Position numbers and translations under genes: made by a program
Notes under the pieces: generated by a model
What the model was told of the DNA's origin: nothing
The model's database searches: none
What the model saw: only the letters and a program-made list of their open reading frames with translations
Shown: in pieces, positions 26,297 to 36,310 of the stretch
Layout: each line of letters starts with the position of its first letter
How positions within the stretch are numbered: position 1 is the stretch's first letter
Source of the DNA: an uncultured virus (IMG/VR IMGVR_UViG_3300042691_014085)
Lineage: Duplodnaviria; Heunggongvirae; Uroviricota; Caudoviricetes
Reading direction: 5' to 3' (one strand)
IMG/VR virus record: IMGVR_UViG_3300042691_014085
Span: 1-64,000 of that record
Length of the DNA: 64,000 nucleotides

Positions 26297-27014
26297 TTTT
26301 AACCAACTTTTTATTTATAATATATTTATTTGTAAAATCTACCTTTTCTTTTTTTAAATTTTTTGCTGTTGCTAAACTATCTTTTATAAAAGTTATGTGA
26401 GTATTGAGTTTTTTCATTTTATAATTTGTAAAGTTAGCTATATAATATGAGAACCACAAATCATCCAATACCCAGTACTCTTCTGGGCAACTAAACAAAT
26501 TATCATCTAAGAATATGGATGCATTACATAGTAGCCCTCCTCCACCAACGTAGTTGCCTTCCTCATATGGATCAAGCATTTCTTTTTTCCAATAATCTCC
26601 TATTATCATATGAGCATAAAATGATTTTACTATATTTTCATCATATTGATTATAACAGTCTTGAATAAAATCTGGCGGTATATTTTGATCATCATCTATG
26701 AATATAATTTTTTCATATCCCTCATTTGCCAAATCTCTTGCTAAATAAAACCTACCAAATATACTGTATTGATTCCAATACTCTTTAACAAATAAATTAT
26801 AGGTTATGTGTGACTGGTATCTATTTATTATTTTTAAAAGTTTAGGATTTGCTCCTGAATTATCACATATATAAAAATCAAAATCTTTATTTGTTTGGTT
26901 TGATAAATCTTTATAGGTTTGTGGCAAATTCCTAAATCTTTTATAGGTGCACATTATCAGTGCTGTTTTAGATTTTGGTTTTATTTGTTTTTCATATAAT
27001 ATATTCATAATCAT
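26286..27014 (-). CDS. GT2-like glycosyltransferase
   Basis: CTYKR, FIDDD, DDLWFS. Confidence 0.8.
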   Translation of the reverse strand: MIMNILYEKQIKPKSKTALIMCTYKRFRNLPQTYKDLSNQTNKDFDFYICDNSGANPKLLKIINRYQSHITYNLFVKEYWNQYSIFGRFYLARDLANEGYEKIIFIDDDQNIPPDFIQDCYNQYDENIVKSFYAHMIIGDYWKKEMLDPYEEGNYVGGGGLLCNASIFLDDNLFSCPEEYWVLDDLWFSYYIANFTNYKMKKLNTHITFIKDSLATAKNLKKEKVDFTNKYIINKKLVKNDN

Positions 27015-27015
27015 G

Positions 27016-27041
27016 AAAAGGGGGGCAATTTGTTACCCCCC
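27016..27041 (-). terminator. intrinsic terminator after holin
   Basis: G6/C6 stem followed by T run on minus strand. Confidence 0.65.
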
Positions 27042-27049
27042 TAATCCTT

Positions 27050-27418
27050 TTACTTCTTTTTCTTTACTGCCTTTTTAGCAACCTTCTTGGCTGCAGTCTT
27101 CTTCTTACTTTTATCAAGTTGTTCATTTGTAATTCCGAACAACTTTTCTTCTGTTTTAGTTAAAGAAGTATCCTGCTTCTTAGCTGGTGCCTTTACCTTC
27201 TTCAGAGCATCTTCTATAACGCTTGCCTTTGGAAGACGACCAAATGCTGCGTCGTTTGGATTGATTGCACGAAGGGCCACAGGCGCTAGGGCAGCAACTA
27301 ATGCAGCCCACAACTCCTTTGGATCTGTAACTCCAGCAATATAAAGAGCAGCCACTGCACCAAGAACTGATCGTCCATACGATGCAAGCATTGCCTTATG
27401 CTTCTTGTTAAGTTTCAT
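27050..27418 (-). CDS. putative holin with Lys/Ala-rich tail
   Basis: ASYGRS, two hydrophobic helices, LRAINPND.AFG motif as in actinophage holin-like proteins. Confidence 0.65.
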   Translation of the reverse strand: MKLNKKHKAMLASYGRSVLGAVAALYIAGVTDPKELWAALVAALAPVALRAINPNDAAFGRLPKASVIEDALKKVKAPAKKQDTSLTKTEEKLFGITNEQLDKSKKKTAAKKVAKKAVKKKK

Positions 27419-27443
27419 TATTTCCTCCTAGGATAGAAACCAT

Positions 27444-28454
27444 TTACATTATAGCATGTGGCTTTGATTCTGATAATGATGCCTGAGACACCAAAGTATA
27501 TTCAGAATTTTCTGCCAACTCTGATAGTTTAGATACCCCAGAATAGGAACATCCACTACCAATACCACCTTTAATTTGATTAAATATATCTTGAACAAAA
27601 CCTTTATATTTTATTTTTGCAGAGACTCCCTCAACAACCGAGATCTCACCTTTCCAGCTCATCTGTGCCTCTCCACTAGCCATGCCACGAAGCTCTTTAA
27701 AGCCATCTATAAGCTTTCCTGGAGCCTCTTCTGTGCCCGCTAGCATAGATCCAAGCATCACCAAATCTGCGCCTGCTGCAAAGGCTTTTACGATGTCTCC
27801 AGAAGTTCGTAGTCCACCATCAGCAACAATTAATGTTTTAATATTATTATTAATCTTATACTCGTAGGCATCCATAACGGACTGCAAAGTTGGCATGCCG
27901 TGACCAGAAACAATCCTAGTTATGCAGGTCGCACCACCACCAATGCCAACTCTTACTGCATCAGCACCAACATCTGCTAATCTTGCATAACCTTCTGCTG
28001 TTGCAACATTTCCAACCATGATGTTGATTCCAGGATAGTAAGCTCTTAAATGCTGGGTAGCACGAATGGCAGCTTCACCATGACCATTAGCGGTATCAAT
28101 ACAAAACCAATTACATCCAAGATCAACAGCATCATCAATAAACTGAGTATCAAAACATTCTAATGAGGATAACGCAACACCAATGCCATCTTTATTGTGT
28201 GCCGAAATAGATACATTTTCAATCTGATATAGTCTTTCAGCAGTATCCATATAGCGATGAATAATTCCAATACCGCCTTCATTTACAATCTCAATAGCCA
28301 TCTGCCATTCACAAACGGTATCCATAGGAGATGCAACTATTGGAAAAGAATATCCATACATTGTAAGGTCTACATTTTTTCTACTTTCTACATTTGAATA
28401 ACCAGGAAGTAGAAGAATATCATCAAAACATAAAGATTCTGAATTCTTTTTCAT
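27444..28454 (-). CDS. IMP dehydrogenase / GMP reductase family protein (no CBS domains)
   Basis: SPMDTV, GIGIIHR, VGIGGGATCITR, ADGG, RGMAS. Confidence 0.9.
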   Translation of the reverse strand: MKKNSESLCFDDILLLPGYSNVESRKNVDLTMYGYSFPIVASPMDTVCEWQMAIEIVNEGGIGIIHRYMDTAERLYQIENVSISAHNKDGIGVALSSLECFDTQFIDDAVDLGCNWFCIDTANGHGEAAIRATQHLRAYYPGINIMVGNVATAEGYARLADVGADAVRVGIGGGATCITRIVSGHGMPTLQSVMDAYEYKINNNIKTLIVADGGLRTSGDIVKAFAAGADLVMLGSMLAGTEEAPGKLIDGFKELRGMASGEAQMSWKGEISVVEGVSAKIKYKGFVQDIFNQIKGGIGSGCSYSGVSKLSELAENSEYTLVSQASLSESKPHAIM

Positions 28455-28462
28455 TTTTATAT

Positions 28463-29275
28463 TTAGCCCCTATTATTTTCTGTATACTCTTTTACAAATT
28501 TAATAATAATGTTTCTTTCTGATTCAGGCCATCCGCCAAGCATTAATTCTTTTACACCATCTGATTCAAGTTTTTTAACAAAAGCATCAAACTGCTCATA
28601 TGTAAAATAATCAGTATCATATGTTAAATATGGTTTATCAAGAACGTCAATCTCTTCTTGAGTTTTTCTAATAATTGGACTAAGCGATATCATTGATCTT
28701 GTTCCATCTAATGAAAATGGATCTCCCTTTTCTAAAATTTGGTCAAACTCGCTTCTTATGACCCAGCATCCGTGTCTATAATTTCTATAGGCAATAATCA
28801 TTTTGCTATTTAGGGCACTAGACGCATCAAATACAAATCTGTTTGTTGTAGATACATAATAATCTGGTATTTGATTCCTGGGATTTTTTCTTAACTCTTC
28901 TAGCATTTCAACATATTTAATTAAATAATTAGATCTATCAATATTAGAAGATGAGTCATTTATATCGCCAAGTATTCCTCCGACTGATTGCTCATGAGGC
29001 TTGACATGACCAGAGATTAAATTAATCTGTAGTCTGTCTGGCATAATTTCATTGATTGATTGATTGACCATACACAAATATTGAGGTGATATGGCATAGG
29101 GTCTAATAGCAATCATATATTTAATTTTTTGATCATGCTTAATATCTCTAGCTAACCTCGTAAAAAAATCTCCTTGCATTGCATCATAAGTAAACAATAC
29201 CCCAGTAAAATTTGCATCATCAAGATCTTTCATTAAACTGCTTCCGATATGACCGCCAAAATAATAAAAGTCCAT
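28463..29275 (-). CDS. luciferase-like monooxygenase (LLM) family protein
   Basis: IAIRPYAISPQYL, RLQINLISG (SsuD-like). Confidence 0.7.
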   Translation of the reverse strand: MDFYYFGGHIGSSLMKDLDDANFTGVLFTYDAMQGDFFTRLARDIKHDQKIKYMIAIRPYAISPQYLCMVNQSINEIMPDRLQINLISGHVKPHEQSVGGILGDINDSSSNIDRSNYLIKYVEMLEELRKNPRNQIPDYYVSTTNRFVFDASSALNSKMIIAYRNYRHGCWVIRSEFDQILEKGDPFSLDGTRSMISLSPIIRKTQEEIDVLDKPYLTYDTDYFTYEQFDAFVKKLESDGVKELMLGGWPESERNIIIKFVKEYTENNRG

Positions 29276-29277
29276 TA

Positions 29278-30120
29278 TTATAAACCACCTTTGCTGTTAT
29301 ATTGTTTTACAAAATTCATTACATGAAACCTTTCTATGGTGGGGGGATTATAAATATCTTCAATTTTACAGCTTGATATAAGAACTTCGTTTATGCCATT
29401 TGCCTTAAAGGTGTCCATCAAGTCGGAAAATTCAGAATAGGTAAAATAATCATAATCTTTTCTATCATATTGACCATGATATTTATTCCAGATCCCCGTA
29501 GGCTTTGGTAGTTGATCAAGTTCTTCTTCTGTTTCTCTTAAAATAGGCTTTATGGCTACCATTGTATTCATATCTGATATATCAAACTTGTTATATTTAT
29601 ACATAGCGTAGGGAATAATTATTTTATTTTGATTTCTTTTAGCAACATTAAAAACATATTCATTTGTAACAGATACATAAAAATCTGGCAAATTTGTGTT
29701 AAGAGTATTTAACATATCAACATATTCTATAAGATAGTTTGACCTATCAATGTTTGATGAAAGATCTGTTACTGGCCCAAGTATGCCACCAAAATCTTTA
29801 TTTTCATTCATTAAGTATTCTGTGCTAGCTCTTTTTACTTCTCTTTGTATATCCCCACTACCAGTAACAATGTTGATTTGAAGTCTTCCAGGATGCATAC
29901 CATTAACTGAATTGTAAAGCATGCAAAGATATTGTGGAGAAACAACATAAGGCCTGATTGCAACAAGATATCTCATTTCAATATCTGAATCAATAATTCT
30001 GGCTATCTTAGTAAATCTATCACCAAGTGGCACATCATATATAAATAAACCGCCATAAAATTTATGAGCCTTTAACTCTTCAATATCTTCTATGTGTGAA
30101 TTAAAAAAATAGAAGTTCAC
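29278..30120 (-). CDS. luciferase-like monooxygenase (LLM) family protein, tandem paralog
   Basis: VAIRPYVVSPQYL, GRLQINIVTG. Confidence 0.7.
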   Translation of the reverse strand: MNFYFFNSHIEDIEELKAHKFYGGLFIYDVPLGDRFTKIARIIDSDIEMRYLVAIRPYVVSPQYLCMLYNSVNGMHPGRLQINIVTGSGDIQREVKRASTEYLMNENKDFGGILGPVTDLSSNIDRSNYLIEYVDMLNTLNTNLPDFYVSVTNEYVFNVAKRNQNKIIIPYAMYKYNKFDISDMNTMVAIKPILRETEEELDQLPKPTGIWNKYHGQYDRKDYDYFTYSEFSDLMDTFKANGINEVLISSCKIEDIYNPPTIERFHVMNFVKQYNSKGGL

Positions 30121-30524
30121 TACTTTGATTCCTCTGGTAATAAAGTCTTAAGCTTTTTGTATTCTTCAGAAATAACTTTTAGATTTTCATAATATAGATG
30201 ACCTTCTGTTAACGCTCCATAGCTATCAAAAAAGGCTAATTCTTTATCAGCTATATCTATGAATCTTTTAATTTCTTCTTGTGCCTGATCAATATATTCA
30301 AAGGCCATCTCACGAGAATCAGATAAAAATTTAATAAAGTTTTGTGTGTGTAAATCAATACCATCTGTATTTGATTCAGTCATAACAACTTGTTCTAAAT
30401 TATTATATAGCTCTGTTACTTCTAATAAATCTTTTGACATTTTCATAATCTTAATAGCAGAAAAAATATATGCTGTAGTAGACACAAGAGCAATTGTTGC
30501 AAGAGATATAGATAGCATGTTCAT
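30120..30524 (-). CDS. membrane-anchored hypothetical protein
   Basis: N-terminal TM helix; FIKFLSDSR. Confidence 0.75.
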   Translation of the reverse strand: MNMLSISLATIALVSTTAYIFSAIKIMKMSKDLLEVTELYNNLEQVVMTESNTDGIDLHTQNFIKFLSDSREMAFEYIDQAQEEIKRFIDIADKELAFFDSYGALTEGHLYYENLKVISEEYKKLKTLLPEESK

Positions 30525-30527
30525 CTA

Positions 30528-31025
30528 TTATACCAACTCGCTCTGATGTGTGGGCCAGTAATACTGGCATGGCTGTTTACGATCTGGACAGCATGGGGCA
30601 TTGTATGGACTATCTACCGCATATTGATACTTCACATAATATATAGGATCTTTTCTAAAAAGATTGGCACGATGAGTAGTAATAATACGCATTACTTTAT
30701 TTTCATCCCGCCAAAATGCAGGATGCTCGTTGCCCCAATCTTCGTGGCATTCTTCATATAAAGCATTAAGATTCTTAACGTTATTCTCTGTTTTGATGCC
30801 CCGAAGTGATGCTACATTCACCATAGACATAACATAGTTCCATAGCCCCATCTCATAACCTTTCCACATTAATACTGCTGGATGATTCTTCCACCCATTA
30901 CCCTTGGATCTGCCAGACAGGACATTTAATATTTGATAGCATTCAAGAATTTGCTTATTAAGTCTTTTATTATCTAATGCATGAGCAGCATCTAAAGTAT
31001 TTGTATATGGTAAAAATGTTTGCAT
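30528..31025 (-). CDS. pyrimidine-dimer DNA glycosylase (DenV / MSMEG_6728-like)
   Basis: MQTFLP, LD.KRL.KQ..E..Q, HPAV.MW.G, HRANL..KDP..Y. Confidence 0.85.
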   Translation of the reverse strand: MQTFLPYTNTLDAAHALDNKRLNKQILECYQILNVLSGRSKGNGWKNHPAVLMWKGYEMGLWNYVMSMVNVASLRGIKTENNVKNLNALYEECHEDWGNEHPAFWRDENKVMRIITTHRANLFRKDPIYYVKYQYAVDSPYNAPCCPDRKQPCQYYWPTHQSELV

Positions 31026-31255
31026 TATTGAAGTGGCTCCCTTGTAACTAAAACTATTGCGCCTTCCATCTCTAATGCTTTTTTTACCATAGATACGTAC
31101 TTCACTGCTTCTACTTTCTGATCATGGTTTAACGGAATGAATGACCTTTCATCCAATTTTATCGTAAGGAAGTGATCATTGTCAACTAAAGATATAGAAA
31201 AATATGACGGGGCCTCTATAGAATGAAATGCCCTACGCATAGTATCTGTATACAT
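31025..31255 (-). CDS. hypothetical phage protein
   Basis: coupled ORF. Confidence 0.7.
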   Translation of the reverse strand: MYTDTMRRAFHSIEAPSYFSISLVDNDHFLTIKLDERSFIPLNHDQKVEAVKYVSMVKKALEMEGAIVLVTREPLQ

Positions 31256-31259
31256 ATAA

Positions 31260-31547
31260 CTATTGACTTTCTGTTGTCAAATTTTTCCAAAGGTCTCCCC
31301 ATTGAAGCTTAGATCTATGTTTAGAAAACTCTCTTGATATTTCTCCATTTTCTAAATAAACTCCGCCCCATACACCCCATTCTTTACCAGATATACCGTT
31401 TGCAAAACATGTCTTTGCAACTGGACACTTGCCACAAAGACTATCAACCATTGGCCTTACTGATTCATCATCTTCATACAAATCAAAATAAAGATTTGTA
31501 TCTAAGTTAACGCAAAGACCTTTATCTTTCCATAAGTGTTGTTTCAT
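31260..31547 (-). CDS. whiB: WhiB-family Fe-S transcription regulator
   Basis: C...CGKCPV...C and WGVWGG turn. Confidence 0.9.
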   Translation of the reverse strand: MKQHLWKDKGLCVNLDTNLYFDLYEDDESVRPMVDSLCGKCPVAKTCFANGISGKEWGVWGGVYLENGEISREFSKHRSKLQWGDLWKNLTTESQ

Positions 31548-31549
31548 GA

Positions 31550-31759
31550 TTACGACCTATATTTATTTGGAATATCCCAGCCTTTATGACCAAGCAAATA
31601 CCTTCTATGCAAATACCATTCATTATTGATTCGTATACCATTAGGAGAAGTTCTGGCTGCCTCAGATCTTTTTAAATCAAGAATATCCCAGCCATCCCAT
31701 CGCAAATTTTTATTCTTCTTTACAATAGATTCCATTGTTTCTAATTTATTTATTAACAT
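31550..31759 (-). CDS. hypothetical phage protein
   Basis: L.WDGW motif; probable start MLINK. Confidence 0.65.
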   Translation of the reverse strand: MLINKLETMESIVKKNKNLRWDGWDILDLKRSEAARTSPNGIRINNEWYLHRRYLLGHKGWDIPNKYRS

Positions 31760-31766
31760 ATTATCC

Positions 31767-32117
31767 TCAGTATCTATATATTCCGACTTCAATATTTTTG
31801 AGTTCGGCTTCCGCTACTAACTTTGAGACGGGTTCTTTAGGTTTACTTAAGAATGCAAGATAGTTAATACTATCTATGTTTTCTTCTAAAAACGAAGAAG
31901 GCACCTTGAAGAATTTAATTTTTTTACCTCTAGACTTCATGCCTCTTTCAGATACATTTGTAAACTCAGAGACCATGGAGTTAACTTTTGCTGGACCAGC
32001 TGAATAAATTAAGAACTCATTATCTTCTTTCGGCATTGTAGATAAGGCAACAGCCATAGCACGAAGAAAGATTTTGTAGTCGTCAAAGTCTCTGGTCCCC
32101 TGAACCGCCACTATCAT
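31767..32117 (-). CDS. YspA/SLOG-like small protein
   Basis: MIVAVQGTRDFDDY pattern. Confidence 0.6.
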   Translation of the reverse strand: MIVAVQGTRDFDDYKIFLRAMAVALSTMPKEDNEFLIYSAGPAKVNSMVSEFTNVSERGMKSRGKKIKFFKVPSSFLEENIDSINYLAFLSKPKEPVSKLVAEAELKNIEVGIYRY

Positions 32118-32493
32118 TGTTGCTCCCATCACCCAATTTGTCTAGTATAAATAATAGCCTATTTATACCCACTTTGTCAAGACTATACACATCTACTGGT
32201 ACCGCTGATTCTGTATCAACATTACCGTTATTAACATCTGCACAATAAAAAGTATTATTGTTTACCCAATATGCTTTGCCATCTACAAATATAACCTTTA
32301 AACTATGCTTTTCAGCATGTTTTTCTGATTGAGAAGGTCTAGATGGATGATCATCATTTCTTGGCTGCAATATGTTTTTTACTACTTGATGTATATCGCT
32401 TTGTCTGTATTTACTTTTTTTTGTTCTTGATTGTTTATAAATTATATAGCAAACTGCTATCAATGTCAAGCTTAATAAATATGGATCAAGCAT
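32083..32493 (-). CDS. membrane-anchored hypothetical protein
   Basis: N-terminal TM helix. Confidence 0.75.
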   Translation of the reverse strand: MLDPYLLSLTLIAVCYIIYKQSRTKKSKYRQSDIHQVVKNILQPRNDDHPSRPSQSEKHAEKHSLKVIFVDGKAYWVNNNTFYCADVNNGNVDTESAVPVDVYSLDKVGINRLLFILDKLGDGSNNDSGGSGDQRL

Positions 32494-32510
32494 AATGTGA
32501 TTATACCAGA

Positions 32511-32840
32511 CTAAGCAATAACAATTCTTTTTATTTCTTTTAAAGATCTTTTTTTATCAACATCAAGTTTTTCAATTTCTGTATCATTAAAAGCCTTGTC
32601 TGTTAATGCAATAACTGGGTTATCTGAAAAAAGATCCATATTTACAAAGCCCTTTTCCCAAAAATACATAATATCTTTATTGATAGTTGACAAATGTATT
32701 TCATAAAGCTCTGGCATTACATCTTTAATCTTATTAGAAAAAGTATATAACATTTCTCCAGTTTCAGAATCAATGCCTGCAAACTCAATTGCACCCTTTA
32801 AAATTAGATCTTGCATTAATTTTTCTTCTGCCTCATCCAT
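32511..32840 (-). CDS. hypothetical protein
   Basis: GID.ETGE.LY pattern. Confidence 0.75.
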   Translation of the reverse strand: MDEAEEKLMQDLILKGAIEFAGIDSETGEMLYTFSNKIKDVMPELYEIHLSTINKDIMYFWEKGFVNMDLFSDNPVIALTDKAFNDTEIEKLDVDKKRSLKEIKRIVIA

Positions 32841-33087
32841 TTAAAAAGTCCTCAAGTTCTTGTTTTGTTTTTGCACCAGACATTCTTTTAATTTCTTTTG
32901 CATCTTCAATAAATATAAAAGTTGGTACAGATGTAACAGAATATACTTGACATAAACTCATATTTTCATCTACATCTATAATTGTAAACTTGGTGGCACT
33001 ATCCCTATTTATTTCTTCAACAATAGGTCGTATTTTTTTACAAGGGCCACACCAATCTGCAGTAAAATAAAATGCATGCCTAATCAA
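32833..33087 (-). CDS. trxA: thioredoxin
   Basis: WCGPC active site, SVPTF. Confidence 0.95.
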   Translation of the reverse strand: MIRHAFYFTADWCGPCKKIRPIVEEINRDSATKFTIIDVDENMSLCQVYSVTSVPTFIFIEDAKEIKRMSGAKTKQELEDFLNG

Positions 33088-33329
33088 TTTGCACTCCCAA
33101 TGAGTCTATTTTCATTTAACTTTTCTCTTTCATCAATAATTTCATAGGCAAATTTTGTCATTGCATCATAGCCAACAGCATTATCCATAATTGCATTATA
33201 GTCATGAGAACAAAAAAGAAGTTCTCCTGTAACCCCTACAACTTTGACAAAAGCCTGAGCATTACACTTGTCGCATCTATCATTTACACCAAGAACCCAA
33301 TCCCGCTTTTCCTCTTTTATGTTTTCCAT
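33084..33329 (-). CDS. small actinobacterial-type zinc-binding protein
   Basis: DRCDKCNAQA...LLFCSH. Confidence 0.75.
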   Translation of the reverse strand: MENIKEEKRDWVLGVNDRCDKCNAQAFVKVVGVTGELLFCSHDYNAIMDNAVGYDAMTKFAYEIIDEREKLNENRLIGSAN

Positions 33330-33343
33330 ATTTGACCTTTCTG

Positions 33344-34132
33344 TTAGTTATTTCCTGGAAAATCTAAGTATCCCCACATGCCAGTGAACTCTCTATCTTT
33401 TGGATCAAATCCTCCAGTTACAGCATGACACATTTTATAAATATCAACCATAAGGAGGTCTCCTTGTTTCCATTTATGTACAATCCTTATATCTAAATCA
33501 TTTAAAACTTTATCTCTAATTAATTTTATAAGATTTTTATATTTATTTATTTGATCTAAGGTTGGTTCATTTCCATCAAAAGTTTTTAATTCTGTATTAG
33601 CTTTAGCATCCATTAGCCATGCTGTTCTAATTACTGGATTATGATTAAGCCAGTGATATCCTATTACCCCATGAATATTTTTAACATTATCAGATGCATC
33701 TAATTTATTTTCTTCTATACATTTTTTTAAAAAGTCTTGATCTTCTTCAGACAGGCTATTAAATAAAAGCTCCATATCAACAAAATATGTTTTTCCATTT
33801 TCTGAATCAGTTGTAAACTTATGCATATTCCACGTTGAGAATACTATTGGAACTTTATAATATGGGTGTTCTACATGCCAGTCAAGCATTACATCGTCTG
33901 GGCCGCAAGTTTCTCTCCTAGTACTAGCAGCATGATTTTCTACATATTCTGTATTAATATCCATACAACCAAATTTTTCTTTTAGCATCGTATGCAATTT
34001 GTCATGGTTGTTTTTTGATAAGTTTGCACCGTTAAATGCTATAACCTTATGCTGCAAAAAAAGATTTTTATAAAAATCAAAATTATACTCTATATCCTCT
34101 ATACTAGTAAACTCTATGCGATAGGTTTCCAT
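33344..34132 (-). CDS. TauD/TfdA-family 2OG dioxygenase
   Basis: WHVE, GKTYFVD, HKWKQGDL..D...H...R; probable start METYR. Confidence 0.8.
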   Translation of the reverse strand: METYRIEFTSIEDIEYNFDFYKNLFLQHKVIAFNGANLSKNNHDKLHTMLKEKFGCMDINTEYVENHAASTRRETCGPDDVMLDWHVEHPYYKVPIVFSTWNMHKFTTDSENGKTYFVDMELLFNSLSEEDQDFLKKCIEENKLDASDNVKNIHGVIGYHWLNHNPVIRTAWLMDAKANTELKTFDGNEPTLDQINKYKNLIKLIRDKVLNDLDIRIVHKWKQGDLLMVDIYKMCHAVTGGFDPKDREFTGMWGYLDFPGNN

Positions 34133-34136
34133 GATG

Positions 34137-34322
34137 CTACTTTCCTTTGTTGTCTGTTGAGTAAAACCCATTACCCTTGAATTGTACACCAAAATTAGAA
34201 TATACTCTAACTAAAGGCTTGCTACAAGACTCACACACATACCCTGGATCATTTTCTGACATAGATCTAGTTTTTATGTATCTCATAGCGCAAGCCATGC
34301 AATCATATTCATACTGAGGCAT
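34137..34322 (-). CDS. FmdB-family zinc-ribbon protein
   Basis: MPQYEYDC..C...C..C...FKGNGFYSTD. Confidence 0.9.
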   Translation of the reverse strand: MPQYEYDCMACAMRYIKTRSMSENDPGYVCESCSKPLVRVYSNFGVQFKGNGFYSTDNKGK

Positions 34323-34540
34323 TAAGATATTTTCTTTCCAAACTTAGCCCATACTCTTTCATGAAGAAAATATCCTAAGGCTTCCCACCCGATATAGACT
34401 AATGCTCCTAGTGCAGCATATTCATATTCCCATTCTCCAGTAGCAAGATATACTCCAATTGTTAATACACCTGCAACTCCAACAAGATGAAAAGTCTCCC
34501 AGCTAAGGGTTTTCAATAAACTTCTTTTAGTTGATTCCAT
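34322..34540 (-). CDS. DUF2061-like membrane protein
   Basis: MESTKRSLLKTLSW...YFLHERVW. Confidence 0.85.
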   Translation of the reverse strand: MESTKRSLLKTLSWETFHLVGVAGVLTIGVYLATGEWEYEYAALGALVYIGWEALGYFLHERVWAKFGKKIS

Positions 34541-34666
34541 TTAATTACTCTTTTCTTTACATTGACATCTCTTATGAGTGCCACCATTCATTGATGATTG
34601 GGTATAGTTATAGCCAGAGTTGTCTCTGAACCAATTCCAAAATCTTTTTAACATATTGCCTCCATA

Positions 34667-36310
34667 TTATATTATACCAGAGCTGACAAGTTTTGCAACT
34701 TCTGGAAACCAGATATAGTCTAATGTACTATTATTTAATGTATCAATTGCATCTTGTGGTGTTTCTACAAGAGGTTTTCCAGCTAAATTAAAACTTGTAT
34801 TTAATAAAATGCCAATACCAGCTATATCTTTAAACTCTCTAATTAATTGTTGCATTATGGGGTTGTTATCACTAATAGTTTGTATTCTACAGGTATCATC
34901 AACATGAACAACACCAGGAATAAGATGTTTAAATTCTTTAACTACAGGGAAAGATATTGTCATAAATTCGCTTTTGCCTACCCTGCCAGTTTCAAAAAAT
35001 GTACTAGCGTCTTCTTCAAGAACCATTGCCGCAAAAGGTCTATACCATTCTCTTTTTTTAATCTGATTAACCTTATCCCTGGCATTTGGATCTCTAGGAT
35101 CAAAAAGAATTGACCTATTGCCAAGAGCCCTTGGGCCAGCCTCTGCTAATCCATTATATACAGCAACGCTCTTTCCAGACGCTATAAGACTTGCAACATC
35201 TGTAATAGATGCATCAATTCCTTTTATATTATTCAAGTCATAATTAAATCCATTAAAAAATGTATGCTCTAGTTTTTTTATTGTTGTATCAAGAGTTGTA
35301 TCTCTGTATAGCTTCATTGCAGCACCTATACTATTACCAGAATCGTCAGCAAGCGGCTCAAAGAAAAAATTAATGTCTGGAAATTGAGTTATATAATAGT
35401 GATTTGCCACAACATTTAGACCATATCCTCCAGTTATGCAAACATTTTTTATTCCAGTCTGTCTAACATACTTATCAATAAGTTCAGCAACTGCTTCTTG
35501 AGTTTGTTTTTGAACTTGCCAAGCATAGTCTGCATACACCTGGTATCCTTCTTTTGGTACCTCATTAACTGCTAAATGATGAAGATCTCTATTGGTAGAT
35601 GCTTTCATATCTTTAATTTGATCATGCCCAAAATAATAATCATTGGGTGTTATTTTATCTATAAATAAACTTGGATAATTAATATTTTTATTTCCATATG
35701 CTGATAACCCCATTACTTTTCCATTTTCAAGAGGATGCTGCTTTATTAATGATGTAGCAGATTCATAAACCTTAATAATGCTAAACATTGATCTTCCATT
35801 TATATCGCAATCTGGATTTTCTTTTTTAAAATTTGCAATATGCTGATGTGCATCATTTTTTTCTATCCAAAAGTTTTTGTATATTGGTATAAAATTATTT
35901 GGATATGACGCTATAAATACTGTTTCTGACTCTCTGCAAGAATCAAAATATACAGATCCATTTCTGTCAATTACAAAAACTAAAGCTTCTTTAAAGCCAC
36001 TATCGTAAAATGCTAAATTTGCATGTACTAAGTGATGTTGATCAGAATACTCTATAATATCTATTGCTTTATGTTTCTTTTTTACAAGATTTAAATATGA
36101 ATCGGCAACCGTTGGTCTAAAAGTTGGGGAAGAAAAAGCTACGCTTATGTTTTGAGAATCAGTATTATACAAAAACATTGACAACGCTGGATGGGTATCT
36201 CTTTTTAAACCAGTTACCCTTTCTTCTTTGCAAAAATATTTAATTTCGTTATCTTTTAAAGCACAGAACGACGAGTCATGATTAAAAGAAATACCAAAGA
36301 TTTCATCCAT
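34667..36310 (-). CDS. O-carbamoyltransferase (NodU/CmcH family), second copy
   Basis: HDSS, HHLVHA, GKVMGLSAYG, GPRALGNRSIL, NTSFN. Confidence 0.95.
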   Translation of the reverse strand: MDEIFGISFNHDSSFCALKDNEIKYFCKEERVTGLKRDTHPALSMFLYNTDSQNISVAFSSPTFRPTVADSYLNLVKKKHKAIDIIEYSDQHHLVHANLAFYDSGFKEALVFVIDRNGSVYFDSCRESETVFIASYPNNFIPIYKNFWIEKNDAHQHIANFKKENPDCDINGRSMFSIIKVYESATSLIKQHPLENGKVMGLSAYGNKNINYPSLFIDKITPNDYYFGHDQIKDMKASTNRDLHHLAVNEVPKEGYQVYADYAWQVQKQTQEAVAELIDKYVRQTGIKNVCITGGYGLNVVANHYYITQFPDINFFFEPLADDSGNSIGAAMKLYRDTTLDTTIKKLEHTFFNGFNYDLNNIKGIDASITDVASLIASGKSVAVYNGLAEAGPRALGNRSILFDPRDPNARDKVNQIKKREWYRPFAAMVLEEDASTFFETGRVGKSEFMTISFPVVKEFKHLIPGVVHVDDTCRIQTISDNNPIMQQLIREFKDIAGIGILLNTSFNLAGKPLVETPQDAIDTLNNSTLDYIWFPEVAKLVSSGII

